This document shows positions 10,025 to 19,979 of a stretch of 64,000 bases of DNA, piece by piece. The stretch covers positions 173,380-237,379 of IMG/VR virus record IMGVR_UViG_3300019458_000021. One strand, given 5' to 3'. Position 1 is the first letter of the stretch, and each line of letters starts with the position of its first letter. A program made the position numbers and the translations under genes. The notes beneath the pieces are model-generated. The model saw nothing but the letters and a program-made list of their open reading frames with translations, was not told where the DNA came from and searched no databases.

Positions 10025-10030
10025 TAAATA
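10025..10030 (+). promoter_or_regulatory. Putative T4-like late promoter (TAAATA)
   Basis: Upstream of the virion gene at 10064; the same motif recurs before other late genes. Confidence 0.6.
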
Positions 10031-10063
10031 GAGGTTACAATCTCTATTTCAGGGGAAGCTCTC

Positions 10064-11302
10064 ATGACAACGTACGTAATCGATTTTTCGGACCCTCTTA
10101 AAGATGGGTTTTCGATCGCACCAGGTGGATTCAACGGACCTGGCGGTTCTGCCTCAAATACATCTCTCCGTCTTTACGGTCGAGGCGCACTAGAATGGGG
10201 CGAATCTGTTAACGAAGACCTCGTCCGTCTTACAGAAAACTTCAACAGCGCTACACCACCTATTACACCAGTTGACGGTATGTTGTGGTTGCGAACAAAG
10301 TACTACTGGCTCCGCACGGCAGTTGATTGGTATGTTCGTGATCCTGATTCACCTGCTGCTTGGGTATTCCTGTCAACAATTGCAACCGGTGGTGTTGTCA
10401 ACGGTGGTGCTGTAGGTACAAACGTAGCTCCAGCTCACGCGATCGGTGTGTATTGGTACACAGGTGGTGCTCCAACTGATCCTCTGACATCGAACCTTGA
10501 CGCGTTTGGTGACCCACTCACACCCACAACATTGTATCGTTGGGACTCAGCATACAAGCAAATTCCAGCCGGTTGGATGCCACAAGCATTCACACAAAAT
10601 GCAGCTGCTCCAACTGCTGCAAACTTCCCGGAGAAGAGCTTGTTGGTTTGGGACGCGTTCCAGGGTGTTAGCGGAACGTTCGTTGCTCCACCAATTTCGA
10701 TTGTTGCACCAACTCAACCAGCACAGGCAACGGAAGGTACATTGTGGTGGGATAGTGTCAACAACATTCTGTATGTGTGGAACGATTTCACGACAACATG
10801 GCAGCCATTGGTTACAGGAGGCGGTGGCGGATCTGGTGATACGACTTATCTACGTCTTGATGGCACAAACACACCAACAGCTAACCTAAACATTGGTGGC
10901 TTCCGTCTGACAAACATTACAACAAACGTAGGTGTAGCAACTGACGCTTTGAGTGTCGGTGCCGCCGATACTCGTTACGTAAACATAACCGGTGATACAA
11001 TGACTGGCGTGCTGGCGATGGGTGCATTCAACATCACCGGCCTACCTGTCATGTCTTACCCTGACTTGGTCAACACCGAGTTTGCAGCAACAAAGAACTA
11101 CGTTAATACTGCAGTCACGTCGATTACAAGCGGTGGCGGTTCGGTTACTGTTCCGTCGGTGTTTGTATCGCCAGCAGTTCCGACCTATAAGGCTGGTGAC
11201 ATCTATGTCTTGGGCGCTGTGATCTACATTGCTATCGGCGTAGGTGTAGGTGCTCCTCCGGGTGGTAACTGGCGACAAGTGTTCCCAGCACAGTACTCAT
11301 AA
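10064..11302 (+). CDS. Virion structural / tail-fibre-associated protein
   Basis: N-terminal domain shared with 24423; Gly/Thr-rich; ADTRYVNITGDTMTG and AATKNYV fibre motifs. Confidence 0.7.
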   Translation: MTTYVIDFSDPLKDGFSIAPGGFNGPGGSASNTSLRLYGRGALEWGESVNEDLVRLTENFNSATPPITPVDGMLWLRTKYYWLRTAVDWYVRDPDSPAAWVFLSTIATGGVVNGGAVGTNVAPAHAIGVYWYTGGAPTDPLTSNLDAFGDPLTPTTLYRWDSAYKQIPAGWMPQAFTQNAAAPTAANFPEKSLLVWDAFQGVSGTFVAPPISIVAPTQPAQATEGTLWWDSVNNILYVWNDFTTTWQPLVTGGGGGSGDTTYLRLDGTNTPTANLNIGGFRLTNITTNVGVATDALSVGAADTRYVNITGDTMTGVLAMGAFNITGLPVMSYPDLVNTEFAATKNYVNTAVTSITSGGGSVTVPSVFVSPAVPTYKAGDIYVLGAVIYIAIGVGVGAPPGGNWRQVFPAQYS

Positions 11303-11304
11303 AG

Positions 11305-11333
11305 TTGAGATTGTGACCGAGTTGTAGTATGAT
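11305..11333 (+). promoter_or_regulatory. sigma70-like promoter heading the radical SAM island
   Basis: TTGAGA-N17-TATGAT. Confidence 0.5.
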
Positions 11334-11353
11334 CGACAGACAAGGAAAAGGTA

Positions 11354-12529
11354 ATGACAGGAGCTGCAGTCTCATTCTACAAGCGATCTGACGCGGGTAC
11401 ATTGCGTAAGCATACACCGTCAGCATTCAAAACAGCTCCCCTTGCAATTGCTCCTCAGCTAATGCTGACAGAGCTAATGGTGTATTTGAAGACGACTGAA
11501 ACCTGTCAACTCAACTGCGCACACTGCTTCACCAACGGAATCAACGGACGAAAAATCTACTTCGATCCAGCTCGAACAATCGATTGGTTCCATCGTCTCC
11601 ATGCAGTAAATCCAACCCTGGCGGGAGGAAGTGTCGCTTTTCATGGTGGGGAGCCAATGCTTGCTCCAATCGCCGATATGCGTCGTACATGGGAAGCGTG
11701 CAAGGATTTGTGGCCAACAGTTTGGTGGACAACAACGACAAACCTTGTATACAAACTCGACGATGAAAAGCGCCTATTCTTCAAGGAATGCTTTACAGAC
11801 GGCATCTCAACTTCTTGGGACAAGAATATCCGATTTGATAACGAAAAACAGGAAGCTCTGTGGGCTAAAAACGTCCAAACACTTCTCGATGATGGGCATA
11901 AGATCACGCTTATGGTAAGCTTAAATCGTGCGATCACTGATATGAACCCGGAAGATTTCCTGCGTTGGGTTGGTGATATCGGCGTTCACTATTTGCATCT
12001 TGAACGAATCACCCCAAATGGTAACGCAACTCGCAACCCACACATCCTTCCTTCAAATAAAGAACTCGATGCTTGGATGCTGCGATTATGGGATGCAAGT
12101 TTGAAGCTTGGCACACATAAGTACTTTGCTAATCTGTTTTTGAACGGAATTTTGTCGAGCTTTGTGTCATTAACACATTCGGGTTGTCGTTGTCGAAGTT
12201 GCGAGAAGAAGATTTTCACCCTGAACGCAGATGGAACAATTGGCGGATGTCCAAACAGTGCAGTAGACAACACGTTCGGAACAATGGAAGATGATATTTT
12301 CTCGTTGCTTAGCAGCGAGGGGCGAATCGAAAACATTGCTTGTGAAACACAACGCAATCCGCTGTGCTACACGTGCGATGTTTATGACGTTTGCAACGGT
12401 GATTGTCACCAACTTGCATGGGAAGGCGACGTTTGTGCAAGTCCGAAATCGTTGATGCGTCGATTCAAAGCAGAGAACAATAGAGAACAGTATGAGATGT
12501 TCCTTAACGGGTTCATCGGCAAGGAGTAA
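11354..12529 (+). CDS. Radical SAM/SPASM enzyme 1
   Basis: CQLNCAHC, FHGGEP, TTTNL; C-terminal CRCRSC...GC...CYTCDVYDVCNGDC...C. Confidence 0.92.
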   Translation: MTGAAVSFYKRSDAGTLRKHTPSAFKTAPLAIAPQLMLTELMVYLKTTETCQLNCAHCFTNGINGRKIYFDPARTIDWFHRLHAVNPTLAGGSVAFHGGEPMLAPIADMRRTWEACKDLWPTVWWTTTTNLVYKLDDEKRLFFKECFTDGISTSWDKNIRFDNEKQEALWAKNVQTLLDDGHKITLMVSLNRAITDMNPEDFLRWVGDIGVHYLHLERITPNGNATRNPHILPSNKELDAWMLRLWDASLKLGTHKYFANLFLNGILSSFVSLTHSGCRCRSCEKKIFTLNADGTIGGCPNSAVDNTFGTMEDDIFSLLSSEGRIENIACETQRNPLCYTCDVYDVCNGDCHQLAWEGDVCASPKSLMRRFKAENNREQYEMFLNGFIGKE

Positions 12530-12531
12530 CT

Positions 12532-13185
12532 ATGGCTATCGCTGGCACAGACATCACGAAAGACAATATCACTGGATCAGGTGGCGTTGACTTGAACTCG
12601 TTCAAGCAACAAATCACCGACGTTGTCAACGCACTCACAAAAACAACAAGCGTGTCCGCAAACGGGACTGCACTAGGTCAAAAGCCATTTGGTAGTGGTG
12701 CACCAATTAGTGGATCGTTGTCAAGCACCAACTATGGTGGAACACCTCCTCTGTCTGCGCCACTTGTCGCTCCTGGCACGGTGACGAATTCACCACAAGC
12801 AAGTGACATTGCAGGTGCGAACATTGCAGCAGCCACTCTGATCACATTGTTCCAAAACACAGCTGTATTACTGTCCCGTGTTCGTCGCTATTCAATGGTA
12901 AAAACATACCTTAGTCCAGCGCCTGTTATCCAACTATCACTTACAGAACCAGGCCGCTATGGTTATCTGACAACAACGTACCAAGCAAATCCAGCAACAA
13001 CAACACCAGCAATCACGACATCTTTGGCAGCTCTTACTGGCGATATTAGTGCAGCAACGTTAAACACAGTAATTGACAACGTTGACACCGCAATTACGAA
13101 CCACAGAAACACAACCGTCGCGTTCACGGAAACGTGGTGTCACTCAAGCTGTCACAGCAGTCATAGTTCAAGGAACCGTCGCTAA
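12532..13185 (+). CDS. Thr/Ser/Ala-rich protein with C-terminal (C)HSS repeats; putative substrate of the island
   Basis: Ends TWCHSSCHSSHSSRNRR and lies immediately after rSAM 1. The ORF is solid; the function is inferred. Confidence 0.7.
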   Translation: MAIAGTDITKDNITGSGGVDLNSFKQQITDVVNALTKTTSVSANGTALGQKPFGSGAPISGSLSSTNYGGTPPLSAPLVAPGTVTNSPQASDIAGANIAAATLITLFQNTAVLLSRVRRYSMVKTYLSPAPVIQLSLTEPGRYGYLTTTYQANPATTTPAITTSLAALTGDISAATLNTVIDNVDTAITNHRNTTVAFTETWCHSSCHSSHSSRNRR

Positions 13186-13949
13186 TGACCACAGTTACAA
13201 CAGAACTTCCGCTTTCAATGGACGCCTTGCGTCAGGTAATTACACAACCAGATGCAGGAGTGGTTGTTGACTACAACAACAGTAACCTCAAAGGCCGTGC
13301 AGCGCTCATTTACATGACGAATACAAACTTACCAAATGTTGCTCTGAACATGACAGATGTGTCTCTCGAAGAGAAGTTTGTACTCGTTGACGACTACATC
13401 ACTCACAAGTCAATCCTGCATGTAGCACAACTAGTCAACACCGTTTTGAATGTGTTATTCGCCGTTCGGAAAGTTGACATTGGTGCTGAACAAGACATAT
13501 TGGATCAAGTGTCGCTATTTCCACAAGAACATGTCGGCGAATATCTTGCAAATCCAACACGAGCTGAACACATCAACAAGCTGATTGAACTTCTCGACAG
13601 TCTACCTCTGTACGCTGTAACGTGTTCAACATCATTCCGCGAAGTATACGGTAAAGGAAAAGAAGCGTTTGAGCCGGTTAACGACATTGATCATACTGGT
13701 TTCACATTCGTCCACCTGTTGACTCATCCGTTGTTCCTCGAATATTTCACACAACCAGCTACGACGACACTGAAGTATTACGTTCAGCAGTTCGACGAGT
13801 ACATGTATAACGGAAAATCGTTGTTTCCATTTTTGGTAAACTCGCCTGTATTCGGTATTCTTGAGTGTTACATCACAGGGGCGGTGGACCTTGATCAGCT
13901 GCTTACAGCACACTCAGAAATGAATGCTTTGGAAGGAGCTGCAGCCTAA
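13185..13949 (+). CDS. Hypothetical protein (rSAM island)
   Basis: 254-aa ORF with TAATG overlaps at both ends. Confidence 0.8.
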   Translation: MTTVTTELPLSMDALRQVITQPDAGVVVDYNNSNLKGRAALIYMTNTNLPNVALNMTDVSLEEKFVLVDDYITHKSILHVAQLVNTVLNVLFAVRKVDIGAEQDILDQVSLFPQEHVGEYLANPTRAEHINKLIELLDSLPLYAVTCSTSFREVYGKGKEAFEPVNDIDHTGFTFVHLLTHPLFLEYFTQPATTTLKYYVQQFDEYMYNGKSLFPFLVNSPVFGILECYITGAVDLDQLLTAHSEMNALEGAAA

Positions 13950-15052
13950 TGCTACACCTGTTCAACAAGATATACGTCAAGGGAGATCATCTTGTGAAAG
14001 GTTCGCGAGATGCAATTATCATCTCGCCGACCTATGGAAATGTTCCATTTTACACGACGAAATTCTCAACTCGGGCAAACAACGAAAAAACAGGCCAACT
14101 GTGCTATTCAGCAACGTCGCTCAAAGAACTGCTCGACACTCACTTTGGTGGATCTGATGCAAAATTCTTCAATTACCTCATGAAATGGCCTGCCGAGAAA
14201 CGATTAACGATCTACGCCGATCTTCCGACAATGGTTGATATTGCAACGAGATTCTTCAAAACAGTATTCCCAAAGATGACGGAAGACACATATGTTGTGG
14301 TGATGAAGTTACTGCTCTCCCGTATCAACTACTACCTAGGCGGAGCTGTTTTGCCATTCGTAACATTAACAGAGGACCAGGCAAATTCATACCGCGTCGA
14401 AACACTTCAAATTCTTGAAGATGTTGCTGGATTGCGCCATCGATTTCAAGAAACTGCACGCTGGCGCCTGACAAAAGTGGCACGTGACAGTATCATCCGC
14501 AACTGCAGCGTTGAATACCAATTGGCGACCTATCTAACAAATCCAAAATGGGCACATGCTCGTGCGTTTGAGAAAAAGGCTGTGTCAATGGCTAAGAAGC
14601 AAATCATTCACGAATATGCTCTAGAAATTAAAGGAGCTATTGTTCGGAACTTCATGAATCTTATCGTTCTTGAACCGACAGCAACGTTCAATTCTCTGAA
14701 AGATTCACTCGAGACGTTTGTTCAACAGTTCCCTCAGTATGCATTTGTTCTCGATGATGGATTTGTGCCAGACAATGCCGAGCATATCTGGCTTAAATAC
14801 AACATGGAGGATTTGAAAACAGTGTTTGATCGCGTGACACACAAGTTCGTGTTCATTGCACAGGACTACACACCTCTGTTGAAGAAATTGACGTTCGAAG
14901 ATGTGTTGAAGTATGAGCTGGACCGGCCATATCGCTGCTTTTTGTTCAATGGTGACAACTATCAGGAAACTGTCAACTCTTACTTGATTGACTATATCCT
15001 GAATGCTTATCGGATGAACCAACACGAACAAATTCGCCAGCTGGCACTGTAA
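13949..15052 (+). CDS. Hypothetical protein, paralog A
   Basis: MLHLFNKIYVK, DAIIISP, SVEYQLATYL, VNSYLID shared with the next gene. Confidence 0.8.
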   Translation: MLHLFNKIYVKGDHLVKGSRDAIIISPTYGNVPFYTTKFSTRANNEKTGQLCYSATSLKELLDTHFGGSDAKFFNYLMKWPAEKRLTIYADLPTMVDIATRFFKTVFPKMTEDTYVVVMKLLLSRINYYLGGAVLPFVTLTEDQANSYRVETLQILEDVAGLRHRFQETARWRLTKVARDSIIRNCSVEYQLATYLTNPKWAHARAFEKKAVSMAKKQIIHEYALEIKGAIVRNFMNLIVLEPTATFNSLKDSLETFVQQFPQYAFVLDDGFVPDNAEHIWLKYNMEDLKTVFDRVTHKFVFIAQDYTPLLKKLTFEDVLKYELDRPYRCFLFNGDNYQETVNSYLIDYILNAYRMNQHEQIRQLAL

Positions 15053-15061
15053 GGGAAAACA

Positions 15062-16132
15062 ATGTTACACCTACTAAACAAAGTCTACATTAAACCAGAC
15101 GCTGATTTCCAGCGAGGTCACGATGCAATTATCATCTCTCCGAAAACGAAGCTGTTTGACAGCGAACTTTTTGGTGTGGATGACATCGACTTTGGTAAGA
15201 TCCACTTCACCGCAGAAACATTCGATGCTCTTGTCGAGGTATTTGGAAGTGAAGACGCTTTTGTACAGTGGTTGGTTTATTTCGATCCGTCGACTCGTCT
15301 GGTTGTACATTGTGATCCAGCTACATTCGAGCACATTCTGGTTCGATGGCTTAAGACGATCCTTCCAAACATGGACGGTTCGAGTTTTCACAGTCTGATT
15401 CGCATAATTTACGCTCGATACGGTTACCAGTTTGGTTATCCGTACGTTCCATTTGTTCGCCTAACACCAGACGCTGCTGCTGTGTACAAGAGCTTCTTAG
15501 CTCGTATTCCTTCAAAGGAACAAGCGGTGCAGATGTGGAATCAGGCACAGCCATACACTGTGAATGTCGATTCTGCTGCTGTAAGTTTGGAATACCAACT
15601 CGCCACATACTTGGATGATCCGACTTGGGAACATACCGACCAGCTGAAAGCAAAAGTCATCACCATGGTCAAGAAGTTTCAAGTTGGTTCACTACTCGAT
15701 GTAAAAGAAGTCATGCTTGGGCACTTGTATATGTTACCAGACTTTGATCAGTTGAAAGATACACTGGTACACTATGTTACAGAACACCTCGAATACACAT
15801 TTTTGCTGGACATGAAACTGACCTCAGACGACTACACACGATTGTACGATCAATACAATACAGCTGTACTGCGTCAGATCTACATTGATTACTTCAAAAT
15901 GCATGCGGATATTTTTGACGAGACACAAGTTGAGAAAGATCACTTCCTCGATCCTGCAATCACATTTGAACAAATCATCGACAATGAGCTAGCTTCAATC
16001 GCTACGCGACAACTGCTTGGCTCGTGGGAATATGGCCTGACAGTCAACACTTACCTGCTAGACCACCTCTTTGCGCTCGAGAGAGCGAATGACCAGGCTG
16101 AGTTGAAGAAGTTCTCGCTCCTAAGGAGTTAG
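15062..16132 (+). CDS. Hypothetical protein, paralog B
   Basis: MLHLLNKVYIK, DAIIISP, SLEYQLATYL, VNTYLLD. Confidence 0.8.
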   Translation: MLHLLNKVYIKPDADFQRGHDAIIISPKTKLFDSELFGVDDIDFGKIHFTAETFDALVEVFGSEDAFVQWLVYFDPSTRLVVHCDPATFEHILVRWLKTILPNMDGSSFHSLIRIIYARYGYQFGYPYVPFVRLTPDAAAVYKSFLARIPSKEQAVQMWNQAQPYTVNVDSAAVSLEYQLATYLDDPTWEHTDQLKAKVITMVKKFQVGSLLDVKEVMLGHLYMLPDFDQLKDTLVHYVTEHLEYTFLLDMKLTSDDYTRLYDQYNTAVLRQIYIDYFKMHADIFDETQVEKDHFLDPAITFEQIIDNELASIATRQLLGSWEYGLTVNTYLLDHLFALERANDQAELKKFSLLRS

Positions 16133-16134
16133 CG

Positions 16135-17172
16135 ATGAGCATGGATTTCGTAATCGACTTCAACCTTGAGCTGTTACATGGTTGCAAGTGGAACTGCACT
16201 GGCTGCAATATTGGTAAGGAAGAACAAGACGGCTTTCTTGACGGCGATTTCGATCGTTTGATGCATTTGTTTGAGGATCTCGAGCGAAACTTTCACATCC
16301 TATCAAACGTTGCAATCACACCAACCGACTTCATTGTTTCGAACAACGCAGAGCAAATTTTCGTTCCAGAACTCAAGCTCATGCTTGACAAGTTCAAGGC
16401 GGTAACATTGAACACAACATTCCTGCACGATGATGACGTGCTGGAATACTGGGCAGCCAAACTACGACCGCTCCTCAAGGGCAATACTCTGAAGTTTAGT
16501 GTTCCTGTCGAACCAGATCACTATATGAACAAGAAGTACATGGCAAAGATCCTTCACAATCGTGACTACATAGTCAGTTTGCTTCCAGAAACGAAATACA
16601 CAAAGACGTACTTGATCGGCAATTTGTACGAGTACAAGAAGTTCGTCGACTTCGAATTCTACAGCGAAGACTTTCACGATAAGTGGGATGGACACCTCGA
16701 TTTGGTGATTACAGAGGGGCGTCTTAATTTGACGAATCCGTTCAACCGTCAGCGGTTGCGTCATATGATCGAATATCAGAACGATCTTTACAATCGCTCT
16801 GTTGAACACGATCACGGCAAAATCATCGTCAACTTCACGAATGGCAAACGTCACGAAGGCTATGATAAGGACTACGTGTACAAAAACGGTCGGATCTACG
16901 CACCAGTATTCGTTGGAGAACCGCTGGTCACGTTTGAGGAAGGCTACTATCTGGATCGATCAGTTGAGTGGAACACAGACAATCTCGTTGAGTTTGAGAA
17001 TCGAATGACCGTAGAAAGCTTTGAATATCTGCCACAAACACAACACTGTGCTACCTGCGAATTTGCGAATGCGTGTGTTGCTCGTGGTCTTACCAAGTTG
17101 ATGAAAACCTTGAAAGTTACGGACTGCTTGGCACCAAAGCCGGCTTTCACGTTCTTGAGGCAGGTTGCATGA
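16135..17172 (+). CDS. Divergent radical SAM-like protein 2
   Basis: CKWNCTGC and C-terminal CATCEFANAC...C; no GGE motif. Confidence 0.75.
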   Translation: MSMDFVIDFNLELLHGCKWNCTGCNIGKEEQDGFLDGDFDRLMHLFEDLERNFHILSNVAITPTDFIVSNNAEQIFVPELKLMLDKFKAVTLNTTFLHDDDVLEYWAAKLRPLLKGNTLKFSVPVEPDHYMNKKYMAKILHNRDYIVSLLPETKYTKTYLIGNLYEYKKFVDFEFYSEDFHDKWDGHLDLVITEGRLNLTNPFNRQRLRHMIEYQNDLYNRSVEHDHGKIIVNFTNGKRHEGYDKDYVYKNGRIYAPVFVGEPLVTFEEGYYLDRSVEWNTDNLVEFENRMTVESFEYLPQTQHCATCEFANACVARGLTKLMKTLKVTDCLAPKPAFTFLRQVA

Positions 17173-18311
17173 GTCCAATCAAATTCTACCGCACGAGACC
17201 TGAACTAGAGTTCGTGCCTGATAATCGGCACATGGAATTGATCATCAAGCCTACAGAGGCATGTAACTTCAAATGCACGTTCTGCTCGAGCACGAACATC
17301 ACAGACGAAAAAGCTAAAGTCCTCGACTTAGAGTCGATCTACGCCTTCCTCAAGCGGTTCCCCAACACACACTCAATCATTGTCAATGGTGGAGATCCAT
17401 TGATGGTCAAGCCATGGTATTACTGGGAGATCATCAAATACTGCGACGACAACAACTTGCCGACAAACCTTAGCTTCACCACGAACCTATGGGCATTCTA
17501 TAAGAAACCAGAGATGTGGGTAGACCTGTTCCGACACGATCGTGTCGGTGTCACAACGTCTTTTAACTACGGTAACACACGGCGAATTACAGATGATGAA
17601 GTATTCACAGAAGATATTTTCTGGAAGGTCAGCGATAAGGTGCTAGAGTATATTGGTTATCGACCAGATTTTATCTCAGTGATTACAGACGAGAACGAAG
17701 ATACGGCAATAGATAATGTTCGTCTTGCACAGGCTATGAGTGTCGAATGTAAGCTAAACTACGCAATGGCAAGCGGAATACAAAGTGCACCATATCAATT
17801 GTCAAAGATTTATCGCACATATACAGAGATCTATGAACTAGGACTCTGGCCGTGGGAATATAATACCAAGCAGATGATGCAACGTTTGGACGGCAAAGCA
17901 TCTAGCTGTCCACAACTACGTTCCTGTGATGAAGGCATTCGATGCTTACAACCAAGTGGTGATTATTACTCATGTGGCGCATTTGGTGATGATCGAGAAT
18001 ATCCAATCAACTTCCAACAAGAAGTGATTGAAGGTAAGTTCTTCACACCGCTTCAATCAGCACCAGAATTGCTGTCACTAAAAGAAGAATGTCACACATG
18101 TCCGATGTTCAAAATTTGCAATGGATGTCGTAAGACGATCACAGACATGAAACGTCATAATGTCGTTGAGGAACATTGCACATTGATGAAGACAATCGCG
18201 AAAAAGATCATCAATATCAATGACGAATCGGCTAACTTACTAATTGATCGCACGTTAAAGAAGGGAGCTCGCAAGTATGAGCCTTGTACACTAAATACCG
18301 TTCTCGCATAA
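17169..18311 (+). CDS. Radical SAM/SPASM enzyme 3
   Basis: IKPTEACNFKCTFC, NGGDP, FTTNL; CHTCPMFKICNGC. Confidence 0.92.
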   Translation: MSPIKFYRTRPELEFVPDNRHMELIIKPTEACNFKCTFCSSTNITDEKAKVLDLESIYAFLKRFPNTHSIIVNGGDPLMVKPWYYWEIIKYCDDNNLPTNLSFTTNLWAFYKKPEMWVDLFRHDRVGVTTSFNYGNTRRITDDEVFTEDIFWKVSDKVLEYIGYRPDFISVITDENEDTAIDNVRLAQAMSVECKLNYAMASGIQSAPYQLSKIYRTYTEIYELGLWPWEYNTKQMMQRLDGKASSCPQLRSCDEGIRCLQPSGDYYSCGAFGDDREYPINFQQEVIEGKFFTPLQSAPELLSLKEECHTCPMFKICNGCRKTITDMKRHNVVEEHCTLMKTIAKKIININDESANLLIDRTLKKGARKYEPCTLNTVLA

Positions 18312-18338
18312 ATGAGCGTCGAGCCTTGGAGGACTGAT

Positions 18339-18836
18339 ATGAAGCTAACAGAAAAACAGAAAGAGGTTCGGCGACGTTATTACAAAGAGAACAGAACTGA
18401 GATTCTGGAACATCAAAAGAACCGACGCACTGCCCAGAAAAAACACATTACACAGCTCGGAAAAACATGGCGTGAAAACAACAAAGACAAAACGAAGCGA
18501 TACGGGGAAAATCACTACAAGAATCACAAAGATGATTACACCACACGCTCCAGAAGGTGGCGCGAAAACAACCCCGAGCGTAAAATATTGGCCCGGCTGC
18601 GGGCAGGAGCGAAGAAAGAGCATATTCCATTCAATCTAGAGTTGGAAGACGTCAAGATACCGAATATATGTCCAGTTTTAGGCATTGCACTTGAAAGAGG
18701 AAGGGAAGCTTTTAAGAAACTACAATGTCCGTCGGCCGATCGAATTGTTCCAAAACTTGGATACGTTCGTGGTAATGTGCGATTTATAAGTCTTCGCGCC
18801 AACTTGATTAAATCGAACCGTCGGCTGAAGAACTGA
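18339..18836 (+). CDS. HNH-like homing endonuclease with probable C-terminal frameshift
   Basis: IPNICPVLG...PSADRIVPKLGYVRGNVRFISLRANLIKS; GGAGG RBS. Confidence 0.75.
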   Translation: MKLTEKQKEVRRRYYKENRTEILEHQKNRRTAQKKHITQLGKTWRENNKDKTKRYGENHYKNHKDDYTTRSRRWRENNPERKILARLRAGAKKEHIPFNLELEDVKIPNICPVLGIALERGREAFKKLQCPSADRIVPKLGYVRGNVRFISLRANLIKSNRRLKN

Positions 18837-18881
18837 TAAAAGTATACGAGTATATTGTACGAGAACGAGCGAGAATGACTG

Positions 18882-19979
18882 ATGAACCTTGCACAGCTAG
18901 TACTGCAACGCAAGCGTGATACCGATCAAGAATACACGATTCACTTGTTTGAGAAGTGCAATCTAACGTGTAATTTCTGTTGGCAAGATCACACTGCGAA
19001 TATTGGTCTGGATACTGTTCGACAAAAGATTCCAATCTTATGTGAGATGCTTGATGAAGATCCACATCACAAGTATACAATCAACATCATGGGTGGAGAG
19101 GTTTTTGCTGATGATATCTTCACGGAAAAGATGTGGGGGGATTACTACGCTCTATGCTGGTGGTCACATAAACATGTTGAGAAACTAGGGAAGGACATTA
19201 CGTTCAATTTCGTAACCAATCTCGTCACCACGAAGACAAAAGAAATTTTTGATTTGCTCCACGCATTGCGACGGGAAGGTGTTAAGGTTAAACTGACAAC
19301 GTCTTACGACGCAAAGGGTCGCTTCAATAAAGCTCAACTAGCAACGTTCAAAGAGAACATTGAAGTATTTCGTAATGAGCTTGAAGGAATCAGCATGTTG
19401 CTCACAAAGCCAGTAATCAAGCAGCTTGTTGAAGGAAAGGACGAATATTTCAAGTATCTGTACGACCAGGGGTTCTACATCTACTTCGACTACTATTCAC
19501 CAGAAGACGACTATCTGTTGGTCGGTCCATCTGATAAGGATCTGCTTAAGGCGTTCTACTTCCTGGTGGACAACTACCCGAATGTACATCCGATCAAAGA
19601 GTGGATTGAGAACCACACAAACTTCATGTCTTGTAGAAGCTCCAAACTGATCAACCCTGATGGTACGAAGTGCATGTGTGGGAATTTGCTGTTAGATAAT
19701 AAGCACGTTGTAACGTTCTTTAAGGCAAAGATACAAAAGGCTGACAACGATGAAATTGAGAACAATTTTTTGAACAGATGGGATTGTTTGTCGTGCGAAT
19801 ATTTCAGTCGTTGCACGTTGGGATGCTTCGTCCAACACGATTTCATGAAGCGCGGACAGATGAAAGAGTGCCCTTTCAAGCTGACTTTCGATAAAATCAC
19901 CAAGGGAACAGAAGTTGACATCGATCTCTTGGAAACATATTATGGGGAAGACCCTACAACTGACAATCGGGTACAGTGA
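18882..19979 (+). CDS. Radical SAM/SPASM enzyme 4
   Basis: CNLTCNFC, MGGE, FVTNL; CLSCEYFSRCTLGC...C. Confidence 0.9.
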   Translation: MNLAQLVLQRKRDTDQEYTIHLFEKCNLTCNFCWQDHTANIGLDTVRQKIPILCEMLDEDPHHKYTINIMGGEVFADDIFTEKMWGDYYALCWWSHKHVEKLGKDITFNFVTNLVTTKTKEIFDLLHALRREGVKVKLTTSYDAKGRFNKAQLATFKENIEVFRNELEGISMLLTKPVIKQLVEGKDEYFKYLYDQGFYIYFDYYSPEDDYLLVGPSDKDLLKAFYFLVDNYPNVHPIKEWIENHTNFMSCRSSKLINPDGTKCMCGNLLLDNKHVVTFFKAKIQKADNDEIENNFLNRWDCLSCEYFSRCTLGCFVQHDFMKRGQMKECPFKLTFDKITKGTEVDIDLLETYYGEDPTTDNRVQ

